A DNA stretch of 64,000 nt, from contig NW_026515679.1 in the NCBI RefSeq assembly GCF_025526975.1, positions 434,001 through 498,000 on the forward strand, read 5' to 3'. How positions within the stretch are numbered: position 1 is the first letter of the stretch; the number at the start of each line of letters is the position of its first letter. Positions 11,901 through 23,736 of this stretch are shown in pieces. A program made the translations under genes and the position numbers. The stretch is from Fimicolochytrium jonesii (Eukaryota). Below the pieces are notes generated by a model. That model ran no database searches. It was not told the DNA's origin and was given only the letters and a program-made list of their open reading frames with translations.

Positions 11901-14900
11901 TCGGAGAGACGCTTCAATAAAGAAGCGACCGCAACGGCAAGGGGCACACGGGTCGGGAGGCTATCGTTGTCGTCCTTCTCGATGTACGCTTGCAAGGTAG
12001 GAAGTACCTTTCGTAGCACAACATCTCGTACTTTCGTGGCCGATGTGACACCAGCGCTTGGGGCGTCCTCCGCGTTCAGCTCCTCAGCTTCGTCTGCCGC
12101 GTCTGCCTCGTCTTCCGGGAGAGTCGACTCGTCCAGCGGTATATCCACATCCATCGGCTCAACGACGACATCCGCGGTCACCTCACCATCAATCTCCATT
12201 GGCACATCGTTTTCGTCCGCAACGGAGAAATGGAAAGCGTCCAACAACTGAATGATCAACCTGTTCAGCGCCTTCTCCAATTCAGGGCGCCTTGGGAGGG
12301 CGTTCAGAAATCGCTTCAAAAGCGCCCAGTACTGTCCCCACTTCAACACCCTTGAACAGGCAGCAATGGTTGCAATCGCCTCATTGATCAGATTGTGATC
12401 TTGTGACCGATCTGACTCGAAGATGAAGTGTGCGACTAGCGGGATGAAGATATTGGCGGTACTAGTAGCGCCCAGCTCGCCTTCCAGACATTCTTGAGCG
12501 AGACGTTTCATAGCGCGCATACGTCTGTGAATCTGCAAGTGCAAGATGTTCCCAAAAAAAGACGCCTCGTCGTCCCCATCGGCAAGAAGACCCGTCATGT
12601 CGGAAACAAGCGACATGTCCGGAAAGGTGACAACAAGCTGGCCGAGGATATTGATGAACTCCTGGCGAACGGCGATCGATGTGTGATTCATACCGCGCTT
12701 GATGGCTGGGAACAAGACGTGAACGATCATGTTCAAGAACTCATCGAGAGGAAGCTTCTGTTGTCGGTCTTGAAGATCGGATCCACTGGCGCGACGGATA
12801 AACACAGTGACGCTGTGTGACGCACTAGTCCGGATGGCAAAGTCCTCACGCTCCTGCACGTAGAACAGTAGGTTATGCAAGACGGGTAACCATTGTGTTG
12901 CGGTCAGCGTTTGGTAGAGCTCCTGGTTAAGTGTGGTGAATGCACCGAACCGCTTGTCGAAGTCCGGCTCGTCCAAACGGGTAGTGGAATAGGCGTTCAG
13001 AGCTTCAGCGAGATCCGCCACAACGGTGATGGACGAGTCCAGTTGCGCAAGTCTCTTCGTTATGCTAACCAGTTCAGCCCGCGCTTCCCGCGTTTCAAGA
13101 GTTCCGAATAGGTGTGCTACTAACGAAAAGTACGGTGTGTCGACAGGCGACTGTCCTTTGAGCCCTGGCAACATCGGAACGAAGTTGCTGAAAATTCTCA
13201 GGATCTCGACTTTCACCGATTCCGGTACCGCTTTCGGAGGGCGTTTGGCGTACGGCAGGAGCATGCTCAACAGCTGCTCAGCTTGTTCACCGTCCGAGAC
13301 ATGTTCGGACAATCTGGCCAAGATACGAATGACGCGAGCTGGGATCGAGTTTCCAATGAAGACCACTTTCTTCGTCTCGACAGAAATCGAGATGACGGCA
13401 TTCAGGTTCGTTAGTATGGAATCGACGTATGGACGCAGTAGTGTTTCGAAAAAGGCCTCGCCATCCTCTTGCATACTAGCATCGCAAAGGTCCAGCAAGC
13501 CTTCCGTCATCGTTAGCACAGCTGCTATCACCGGTGGCCTGACTTTCTTGGACGAAATCACCGCTACAACTTTGGGGATCAAATCGGGAGCTTCTTTCAC
13601 GAGATATGGCGCGTAGCGGGGGTTCTGCGACCATGTGACGAACAACTCCATCAGCGAACTCGGCGACTGGGAGTTCTCGGTGGCAAATCGAGGCAAGCGA
13701 TCGGTAATGCTGAGCCGGAAGATGGTAGGCAAGTAAGCGTCGAAATCGAAATCCAAGCCCAAGTCGAAAATCTCCTTGAGACGTCGTATGCTCAGCATTC
13801 GAGCCTCCTTCGACTGCTTTTCCAGAAAGGTCTCAAACGATGCTCCATCGTCTACAACCTTATCCATGGCTGTCGACGCGGTTGACAACCTCTGTTCCGC
13901 ATAGTGCAGTACATACAGCACTGCTTTGACCAATTTCGGTAAGAAGGGTTGCAGCAGCGTTCTGAGTTGCTTGATAGCATCCTCAAGCACGTGCAAGAAT
14001 CCGAGCTGTCTCTTGATGGACAAGTGAGGGTCGAGCGACTCATTGAGGTAGAAATTCCCATCTGCGTCGAAATCCGGCTGCTCGTTGATCAACGCAAATG
14101 GCTGAATCATCAAGTTCACTAGGTTCTCCAGCATGGAGGAATCTGCACTGGTGAAGAACGCGAAAATGGCCACTCGACGGGCCTTCAGACCGGCGGCAGT
14201 GGTCCGCCCACGTCTGCTGATGAGCTTTCCATATAGAATCCGAGCGACGATATCCAATAGCGGCTGAATATTGTTCGACGTGACATTCGCGCGCATATCT
14301 TCGATGTTTAACGTGGAAAGCCTATCGCGGAAAGTGTCGTCCTGGCAAAGCGCTTTGAAGTGCTCAGCGACGAAGTCCATGCCAGCAATCTTATAGGCGA
14401 TGAGGCAGTCAAGGGATAGTTGCTGCAGCTTGTCATCTCCATTGCATAGCAATTCCAAGTAGATCTGCTGCAGAGCTGCGGATCGTTGCAGGCGCTCCGG
14501 TCGATGGACCTTTGCGAATATGGAAAGGAAATCTTTCACCTTTGACCTTCTTCCTTCCTTGATTTCCGCACGCACGTTTGCCGCCGTCACGTCAACAGTT
14601 TCCAAGTTCTGGAACAGATCAAAGAAGAGGGGAACGATGTCGCCAGAGTACTGTTCCACGATATGTGGCAGGTCTCCCAGGATTCGAAGAAGCTGAGAAT
14701 GGAACCTATTGGCGTCGATTTGAGAACCACCCGCCGCCCCCGCTTGCGTTGACCGCTCCTGAATAGCCTTGTTGACATTGCCGAAAACAACCCTCGCAGC
14801 AGGAATATCTTTGACATCGGCTGCCGACTCCTCCGACCCAACTATTTTCTCCTCGGCCTCAAGAGCCTGGGCCAAATCCCCTTCAGGATGCTCGTCGTCT

Positions 14901-17494
14901 CCCTGGTTGACCTCCGGAGTGGTACCCAGAGTCCCGTTGCTCGACCGCAACAAGTAATCCTTGAACACAGGCCAGAAAGCACCCAGGTCAACTTGCGCAA
15001 TGACCTGCAGGGTCTTGATGGCCTCAGTCCACAAAGGCGTAAATGGCACGCTCAGAAGCGCCATCAAGTACCGAGTGAGTCGTGGAAGGTAACCGACGGG
15101 TATTGTATGCGACCGAACAAGCGAGTCAATCTTGCGGAATATCACAGTTTTCTGCCGCAGGGTGTTCACCGAATCTGGAATATCCTCCAAATCCAAGCAT
15201 AGGTTGTAAACTGGACACGACCCTGTGAAGATCGTGTCTTTGACCGGTTTCAGGTTGTGTTGCTGGAAGGAGCATATGATGCGCAAAGTCTCTCGACGGA
15301 CTTGCGCATCCAGATCTCCTACGTTGTCCCCGATCAAGGCAACCACTCCTTCCAGATGCTCGGAGGCAAGGCCTTTGTGAGTTTTGCAGTGCGACCGAAG
15401 GCAGGCAAGATATTCGGCGATGCCATGTAAGAGGACCGCATTGCGATGGGACTCCGAAATCAAAACATTGCGGACGATTTGGCTGAGATCCTCGAATTGT
15501 CCTACGTCGTTTGACCTCGTGGCGCATTTGGATAACGCACTCAACGCCGATCCAACTAAAGTGAGATAAGAGTGTCGTTGCTGTCCCACTATTCTGTCCA
15601 CCCCGCTTTGACTCAACGCCTGGCTGTACGACTCAATGACGGTATACAACGCTTGGTATACCAAGTCGAACGGCAGTGCGATCCGAGAGACACAGCTGCA
15701 CACGCACCCCATCGTCCCAAGCTTCATCTCTTCCGTTTCGTCATGAGCAAGGAGGGCTTCCCACGGCACAAGCGTGGATAGCCAGTTTCGTGCCATTGTC
15801 GAGCTACCCTGCGAGTTCGCCGATTGTCCCGCTATCTTCAGCAGGTTGTCCTTCGTTTTGAGCGAATGGGGTATCCGTAGAAGCATTTCCTCGAAGCTTT
15901 CCTCGAAAAATCGCGCCATAAACAACAGGAATGCATTGGGGTTGCTCGACCAGTGCTTCTGCATGTACCCAATGAGGGATGGCAACATGAGTTGTGGGAA
16001 GTGTTCCCAACGCTGCAGCCGAAGTGATTCACAGAGGAGTAGGAAAGGCAGAACGAAGCCGTCAGCGACACAGACTTTGTCCAGAAGTGACTTCCCTCGC
16101 AAGTATACTTCGGTGCTTGGCGAGCACACCAACAGGGCGGCAATCAGTTCGACATAAACTCCGGTAATGGAATCAATGAATGACGTGGAGGACTCCGACG
16201 CTTGTGCGAGCGATGGGACAGCTTCCTCCAAAAGTGTGAAGAGCGCCTGCCTATCGTGCACCCGAACACCCCTCCTGAAACGCAGCCACATGCGCGCAAT
16301 CTTGAAGAGCTTCTGCAACCTCCACAGCCGCCCGACTGATGGCTCCGCGGAAGCCTTTTGGAGCTCCGAGCTGATCTCCGCCATCAGTACTTCCCACATA
16401 GGCTGCAATTTATCTGCTGTGCTGTGTCCGCACATCTGGAAAACCAGACTGTCGATCACTTTCTCTCCACCCGTCTTCGCCTCCGCCTTTCCACCGATTC
16501 CAAGCACCAAAAGCCACTTCAGCACTTGCGGAGCACGGGAGTGTATGTTTCCCTTCACTTGCTGGATCGCTTGGAAGTACACAACTCCGACTGCTTCCAC
16601 CAGATTCTCGTTCGTCGAGGTGTTGACTTTCTCCAAAATGTGTGTGTGAACCGACTCACTTGAAGCGCTCGGAACCTTTCGCAAGAACGGGCCAAATGCC
16701 TCTGCGGCAAAGCGTCGGATATGCTCTTTGCCATGTCCCAGTAATGGACACAGCCGATCGAATGTGAGTATAATATCATCCAGTAGCTGCTTTCCAAGGT
16801 ACTTAAACAGATACGCCATGCAGCTGAAAACAGCCTCCAAGACTTTCAGGTCGACATGATTCGCCAGCTCAATCAGGACCTCCAGGGTATCTTGGAAGCA
16901 TTCGTAAAACTCATCCTGAATGTCGCGTGCTAGTGCGGCTACCAGACTGTGGAGCACGGGCTAGTCAGCTTGCAGCGCGTAGTAAATCGGATACGGACAA
17001 ATGACTTACTCAAGTAAAGGTTCCAAAGCCAAGCTACCAGGCTCTTTCAAGTGCTTCAGCATTACTTTCACAACTGCATTTTTATGGTACAGTAATTGGA
17101 CGAGCGACAAGGCGTACGGTCGCACATCCCTCAGAAAGAGGGCAAAATGCCCAGTGCAGTTGAGCTCCTGCCATTTATTGATCCCTTCGATGAAGTACGA
17201 CCCTTCCTCATCCTAGGGTGGCTTCTGCAGTGAGTGACTATGGTCTAAAGTAACTGGTGGCTGGAACACAATGGCAGGTTTAACATACCGTGAGAACGTC
17301 ATGCGATTTTAGTACTTTGTGCGCTACGTCGATATTCACAGCCTGCACTTTCTCCCGGAAAGTTTGGAACTAAAAAAGCAATGCAATACAGCTTGTTAAT
17401 AGTGAGCACGACACACCGTAGCATTGCTAGCACTCACCCGAAAACGGTTTAACCCTTCGGTCGTATTCAATTCCTTCACCGTACTGTCACCCAT
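8944..17494 (-). CDS. UTP20: U3 snoRNP/SSU processome HEAT-repeat protein Utp20
   Basis: Very large helical-repeat protein (2542-aa ORF, one giant exon of about 7.4 kb). N-terminal small exons read MGDSTVKELNTTEGLNRFR|FQTFREKVQAVNIDV and WQELNCTGHF. Other motifs are LDEPDFDKRF, LTRGYQLHVLGYT, LLDYP..RLKKQI..LSYEHETGR, and a basic C-terminal exon (DPEARAKRRNQKN). Confidence 0.93.
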
Positions 17495-17761
17495 GGCGGA
17501 CACAGTCACCCTTCCAAGGTACGCAGTATCTGCTCCTGTACAGGGAAAAGGCTCTTATTCGTCCCAGAGATACCCGTCTACACCGGAGTTCTTGTTTGTG
17601 AGACTTTGAGGCCTTTCGCCTTGGTCCTAATCCAATTGCAAGCAAACTATTTCGTCCAGTTCGCCGCTTATGTAAGCATCATTCGCGCACTTTTAAATTG
17701 CTTCCCGTTCGCATGACCTCACGCGCCTCGGCAGTGAACTTTAGTCCCGAAATTCTGACAT

Positions 17762-17786
17762 CACAATTGACACAATTGACACAATT
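17762..17786. repeat. Tandem CACAATTGA 9-mer repeat (about 2.8 copies) in the UTP20/UVDE divergent intergenic region
   Basis: cacaattga cacaattga cacaatt is read directly. The two full copies contain the CAATTG palindrome. Confidence 0.6.
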
Positions 17787-18002
17787 TCCATTCCAACATT
17801 TTCCGCATACATCCAAGTTTTTACCCGTTCGCAGAAAGCAACGCATAGCAACTTTTTTCCCCTGGGGATTTAATCCTTCAAAAGGGAGAAGCATCAAGAA
17901 CTTCCGTCTCTTGGAAATACCGCCGTTTTTGGTAAATATCTTCTTTGCATCCTCATGCGAATCTTTCAACAAACCATTAAGAAAACCCTTCGAAGAACAG
18001 CG

Positions 18003-19706
18003 ATGGCAACTTTATCTGCCGAAGGCGCCGTTGCGCTTCCTAAGAGGTCGATGTCTAACCTGACGACAACATACCACGGGCGACTTGGATACGCCTGTCT
18101 GAACACCGTTCTCCGAGCTCAGAATCCAGCCATCTTCTGCTCTCGTACCTGCCGTTTAGCCACCGCGAAAGAGAAGGGACAAGACTACCTCAACGCATTA
18201 TGTCTAGCCAACGCAAAGAACATTTTGCCGATGCTCAAATGGAACGACGCTAACAGCATAAAGTTTATGCGGCTGAGTTCGGAGATGATGCCGTTCGCAA
18301 GCCATCCGGAGGTCGGATACAGCATTTATGATGTTCCAGGATTGGTCGAGGTGTTAGAGGAGGTCGGAGCATATGCGAAGGCGAAAGGCCATCGTCTAAC
18401 TTGTCATCCAGGGCAATATTGTCAATTGGCGTCTCCGCGAGAAATCGTGTTCGAGAACGCCCTTCTAGAGCTGCGGTATCATTGCGATATGCTGGACATC
18501 ATAGGATTAGGGAAGGAGAGCGTGATGATCATACACGGGGGAGGCGTCTACGGGGACAAAGCAGCAACGCTCCTCCGGTTCCGAGAACGATGGAAGCTGG
18601 TTCCAGAAGACATCCAGAAGCGCATCGTTCTCGAGAATGACGAGATGTGCTACTCGGTCGAGGATTTGCTACCCATCTGCGAAGACCTTGACATCCCACT
18701 GGTGCTGGACTGGCACCATGCTGCCATCAACCCATCCGAGCATCCGTCCACCCACTACCTCCCCCGCATCGACGCGATATGGCACCGTCGCGGGATAAAA
18801 CCGAAGCAGCATCATTCCGAGGGTCGTCCAGGTGCGGAGACCATGCAGGAAAGAAGAGCACATTCAGCTCGTATCGAGCGGTTGCCTCCTTGTCAAGATA
18901 ACGTTGACCTAATGATCGAGGCGAAAGACAAAGAGCAAGCGGTTCTTCAGCTGTTCCGTCAATATGGCCTCCAACCCGTCGCTGACGAATACCCGATCTC
19001 TCTCGAACGGCAAGCGGAGCTCGCGAAGCTGGCCAAAAGGGCGAACGCGAAAATCACGTTGGAGGTTGATCTGAAGGTAGAGGTGGATGAAGGCGGAAAC
19101 GAAATCGCGAAGCCCAAATCGCCGCCGAAGAAGCGGAAGGCCTCGATCAAGAAGAGAGTTCGGGTCACGGAGGAAGAGGAGGATGATGTAGACGAGGAAG
19201 AAAGGACAATTAAACCTGTACGCAACCCACGGAAGAAAGTCAAGGATCTCGTGATTGAGGAGAAGACGGAGGTTGAGGAGGGACCGACGCAAACTCGGGG
19301 TGGACGCACTGTAAAGAAAGTGGTGTACACGGAGAAGATCGAATTGGATGAGGAGGAGCAGGCCGAAGTTGCTAAAGCAGCCCCGAAGCGAAGAAAGGTG
19401 GCTACGAAGGCGAAAACGGTCGGGGCAGAGACTCCGGAAACCAAGACTGGTCCCGCGAAACGGAAGCGTGGCACGGCGAAAACGCCCGCATCGGAAGCAG
19501 ACGGCGAAGCAAACATCGAAGAGTCTATTGCATCCACCGACCCGAAAGCCAAGAAGGTTGCACCCAAAAGGGCTAAGCCCGCACAAGATGAGGAAGCAGC
19601 TACCATTCGGGCAGCCGCGCCGGTCAGGCAAAGCAGAAGGCTCAGCAAACCCAGAAGTCCTAAGCTTGATGGAAGGCAAAGCAGAGGAGCCAACATCCGT
19701 GCCTGA
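18003..19706 (+). CDS. uve1: UV-damage endonuclease (UvdE family) with long charged C-terminal tail
   Basis: GRLGYACLN, FCSRTCR, FMRLSSEMMPFASH, RLTCHPGQY, IIHGGG, RIVLENDE, LVLDWHH, KPKQHHSE, RRAHS and DLMIEAKDKEQAV are canonical UVDE TIM-barrel motifs. Single uninterrupted ORF. Confidence 0.95.
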   Translation: MATLSAEGAVALPKRSMSNLTTTYHGRLGYACLNTVLRAQNPAIFCSRTCRLATAKEKGQDYLNALCLANAKNILPMLKWNDANSIKFMRLSSEMMPFASHPEVGYSIYDVPGLVEVLEEVGAYAKAKGHRLTCHPGQYCQLASPREIVFENALLELRYHCDMLDIIGLGKESVMIIHGGGVYGDKAATLLRFRERWKLVPEDIQKRIVLENDEMCYSVEDLLPICEDLDIPLVLDWHHAAINPSEHPSTHYLPRIDAIWHRRGIKPKQHHSEGRPGAETMQERRAHSARIERLPPCQDNVDLMIEAKDKEQAVLQLFRQYGLQPVADEYPISLERQAELAKLAKRANAKITLEVDLKVEVDEGGNEIAKPKSPPKKRKASIKKRVRVTEEEEDDVDEEERTIKPVRNPRKKVKDLVIEEKTEVEEGPTQTRGGRTVKKVVYTEKIELDEEEQAEVAKAAPKRRKVATKAKTVGAETPETKTGPAKRKRGTAKTPASEADGEANIEESIASTDPKAKKVAPKRAKPAQDEEAATIRAAAPVRQSRRLSKPRSPKLDGRQSRGANIRA

Positions 19707-20155
19707 AGCCACAACGAAGCCGAAGCCTCCGCGGACCCGGGCAAAGCAAGTCTAGCAGTATATGGAATGCCAATAATTCGTGAAGCAGAACTGCGGGGCT
19801 GTCTCTTCGAGGGGCCTTTGAGTATGACCCCCGCTTGGCCTTTGTTGCTTTTTGGAGGTGCACTTCCTGTTGTTTTTGATTGCATATCTTTATAGCGTAC
19901 CATTGAGGACCCCGGCGTCGTAGACAGACTGCCAAAATAATGGACCATCAGATCGAATTCAATGTTGACTAGAATGACCAGACGTACTGGTATAAATATA
20001 TCGAACGAAGCTATGCTAAACCACCCAAAAACGCGGAAATGGATCAAGCACAGAGTAACGCTGCATATACACTCGCCCATATCGAACAAGCCAGGCCTGC
20101 GCCATTGTTTGCCACCATTTGCTATTCGCTTTCGCGCTCGAGGCCCCAAGCATCC

Positions 20156-23100
20156 CTAACCGGAAGCCTTCCCTCCCTCGGTGTGCTCTTCATTAGGTTT
20201 AATCTGCACAGCGCCTTCAGATGGCCCCGATCCAATTGGTCGCGAACCCGACGCCTGCGGTCGCCTCGGCGCTCTGACGGTCGGTGACTCCAGATCCAGT
20301 GAGATTCGACGAGGCTGAATTGGCTGCCAACTCGATGTCGGCGGTGGACTCCTTAAATCTATTGGTCGCCAGGAATCTAGTTGCCCCCGTCTCGGCTCGC
20401 TGGGGGTCGATCGTTGTGAATGCGACGAGGTAGGTCTCGGATCTTTGTCGATTGGGCGGTGCTTCGAACGCGAACGCTCGCTTCCTTCTTGGTTGTTTCG
20501 CAATTCCCTTGTATCCAATCCATCTTCCCGTGCATTTCGGCTTTTCTTAGCCGGCATCCCCTTATTCGCCTTCTCCCGCGCGATCCGCATATTCTTAACC
20601 ACCTTGTCGTGGTATTCCTGATCTATTAGCACGACATTCTCGCGCGCAATCTTTCTCTCCACAGGTACGCCAGTGTTGACGCCAAACGAGAAGCGCACAT
20701 CGACGGAGCTAACAGTGGAACCAGTAATAGTTGCTGGCAAGAACTGGCCGCTGTTGTCGTGCTCGTAGATCGACCGTGGCATCCGCGCGAGGCATTTTGA
20801 ATTGGGTGCTGGGATGGAAACAAATTCCACGGGATCGGGAAAGATGACAAGGCCTGAAACCGACACTTCGGCGGGCTCTTCCACGTCGAGGAACTTGACG
20901 CGGTAAGTTTTAGGTGTGTTGCGGATCACTTTTGCTTCGTAGAACACGTTATTCCCCTGCCAACATGCGAGGACGGTGTCCCCTGCTTTCGGTGGAGTGT
21001 ATCGAAGTATGATTTGATGCAGGTTCATTGTAGATCTCTGCGATCGTCGCACTTGAGCACTGCATCTGTCGCATCGGCCATCCAGAACGAAGGCGTCGCA
21101 GCATCGACAGAAGGAGATATGCTCGCTTAGCTTACGGCGGAAGAAATCCCCAGCCAGCTTCGTCGCGATGGTTCCGAAGTCCATTGGGTGCTTGACGGCA
21201 ATGGGGTAATGAGGGGACGAGCCCAGTCTGAAGATCTCCTGCAGGTCCCAAGTTTGAGACATCATCAAGGGAAGCGCTACCTTTCGGCGGCAGCGGAGCA
21301 GTGTTTTCAGGCGGGTTCGCACGTTCAGTGTCTTCTGTCAGTAATGTTGTCAGATCTATAACTTGAACGCCACCGTTCTGTCGCGGGACCGCCTCTCTGT
21401 CGATTGGTGGTGACGCTGAGAGGGCATCTCCCTCTTCGACCATAGACACAGTAGGCGACATTGTCTGCACAGTATCAATCTGAGACGGCGGGGCTGCGCT
21501 CTTTGCAGGCGGCCGATGCCCACTTTCTGCAATGCTGGATGGCGGCGAGGCGGGACAATCTACAAGGCGAGAGGTGCGTTTCTCCGGCGGCGGTGGACCT
21601 ATAGGCGGGCTGACAAGTTTTGCAGATCGCTTGGACGGTACACTTTGGACGAGAACGGAACCGTTGTGCAGTGGCGAAGGTGCCGACTTGGCAGGCGGAT
21701 TCTCCACACCTCCTGTTGTCTCCGCCAGCGAATTTGCATCATCAGCAGACCCCGCTGGTGGTATTACTGATGGGGGATTGTGAGCAGAGCTACCAGCTTC
21801 CAACAACTGAAGGGCCGTCGCTGCAGACGAATCGCCAACCTCATCAGCGTTCGATGGCGCTGAGACATGATTAACGGGAGCAGCGTGATCCTCCAGAGGT
21901 TCCGCCGCTTGTGTCATCTTCGCAATCCACTCCCTACGCCCTTCCGCGGTATTTGCAACGCTTTTCAGCCCCTCACTGATACTCCTTGCGTTCATCAGCG
22001 GGCTTATAACCTCTCGGATTCCCGTCAGATCTCGCCGTATCTCATCCTTCTCCTTGTTCGTGATAAGTTCCCCGAGTTCGGCCTGTCGAGCGCTGAGGCG
22101 ACGCAGTGCCATTGCAATGCCGAAAATAGTCTCCGCGAATGGTTTCACAGCTTCATCCACCAATCCGTTCACCTGGTCATCATCAACATTAATTTTGCAC
22201 AGACTCTCCCAGTAATCTGCGCCATAATCGAGGAGTAGTTCATCTCCTGTCTCGATCTGCGCGGTGGCTTTGACAAATATGTACGGCCACCCATGAATCA
22301 CCGCTTCCACCAGTGCTACATTGTTGTCTGGGTTCAAATCTTCCAGTGCGTTGGAAACATCGTTTCTGTAGTCATTCAGCTCGGAGACCCAGTTGAATGA
22401 CCCTTTCGCCTCGACGGTATCCACTCTCAAGTGGCCTATGCGGTACGGGCGTTGTGCTTCATCCACAAAGCTCTCTAAACTCTTTGTCGAACTGTGTTCT
22501 TCCCTCCACCACTCCGATGATTTCGTTCTTCTTCACGGCTCTTATCGCTACGACTTTGTCTCGGCCTCGGAGTTTCGTTCTCGGGTCATCAATTGACACT
22601 TTCGCCACCTTGCAGGTCTCCATGAGAGGCCAAGGCTCCGGATTATCAGTTGCATTCCCAGTCTTGATCACTTCCAAGGATGCCCCGTCATACGTGTGCG
22701 TCACGAAAGCTTCGAGGATCTCTGGCCAGCCAGACAGAATCGTTTCAGAACCAGCTTCAACGATACGGGCAAATGCATCCTGATCCGCAGCGAAGTGAAT
22801 AATGAATTCATCGCTGGCCCAGTCCCGCTATATTCAAAGATGGCAGTTGAGGTAAGAGTCTTTACGTGTGCTGAAGTGAACAGGGCGCGTACTGTACATA
22901 CCATTCTTTGCATCCTGGCTTCTCTCGCTAGAGCCGACAGATTTAACTCGTCCTGCTACTTCCCCGCCCACCAGTCCAGCCATCGTTGCTTACTGCTAAA
23001 TTGGCGTAACAAAATAGTTCGAAAGAACCGTACAAACGGGTCGTGATGAGTCTTGCGGTGGCGAAGGGCACCAGTTTCGATGGGGACCGGGACGGCATGT

Positions 23101-23254
23101 CATGCACGGGTTTACACCCAGCAGGTCAGGCATTCGCTCTCTATCTAAGCCAAGTCGGGAGGCGAACATTCCTCTCTTCATCACCCTTCTTCCCCTCCGA
23201 ACTCAGCTACAACAATGGACTCCTAACCTGCCTGATATCTCCGAACTCGAGCAT
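20156..23254 (-). CDS. Putative chromatin protein: SET domain + low-complexity linker + bromodomain-like fragment/Cys cluster + tandem Tudor-like domains (contains apparent frameshift(s); 5' exons uncertain)
   Basis: SET motifs VVAIRAVKKNEIIGVVEG, ELNDYR and IFVKATAQIETGDELLLDYGADYW. PHYPIAVKHPMDFGTIATKL is bromodomain ZA-loop-like, followed by CRCC..CDRC. Tudor-like segments are GDTVLACWQGNNVFYEAKVI..YRVKFLD and NSKCLARM..FLPATIT..VDVRF. Confidence 0.6.
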
Positions 23255-23736
23255 GAAGACCGGTCGACCTGTTAAGAAAAGGTTGGTGAGACTTTTGCAA
23301 ACGACATTATAGAGTGGCGAAGGACCAAAGATCGTCAACCGTTCAACGGCGTCAGACTCTCCCGACCTTACGTACCGTTGGGGGAAGCCTGCGAAAGAAG
23401 GCTGGGTCCTGGGCTGGGTCTGTCGAACCTGGGCCAAAACGAACGTCGCGCACATGGACTTGTCGGGGCGAACCGGGGCAAAGGGGGGGCGATCACCAGC
23501 AGACGCGTGAGCACATGCAATTCTATCCGAAGTGAATCCAGAATCCTCTCCGTTAGTATTACGAATTTAGGACGCTTTGAAACCCCCAAACATCTCATCA
23601 GGCTCAGCCAAACATTCCCACGGCATCACCCAGCTCAGCTCACTTACGCACAGTCGCATCCCAAGGGAACCCACGATAATACAACCAAATAAGAGCACCA
23701 GGAACTCAGAATCTCAAAGGGAAGAAGCAACACAAA

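Noticed and set aside
9725..16663. Many 60-200 aa plus-strand ORFs within UTP20
   Set aside because: Antisense or alternate-frame artefacts of a giant GC-rich exon.
18909..20149. Long minus-strand ORFs (267 and 396 aa) opposite UVDE
   Set aside because: Antisense shadows of the purine-rich low-complexity UVDE tail, with no domain motifs.
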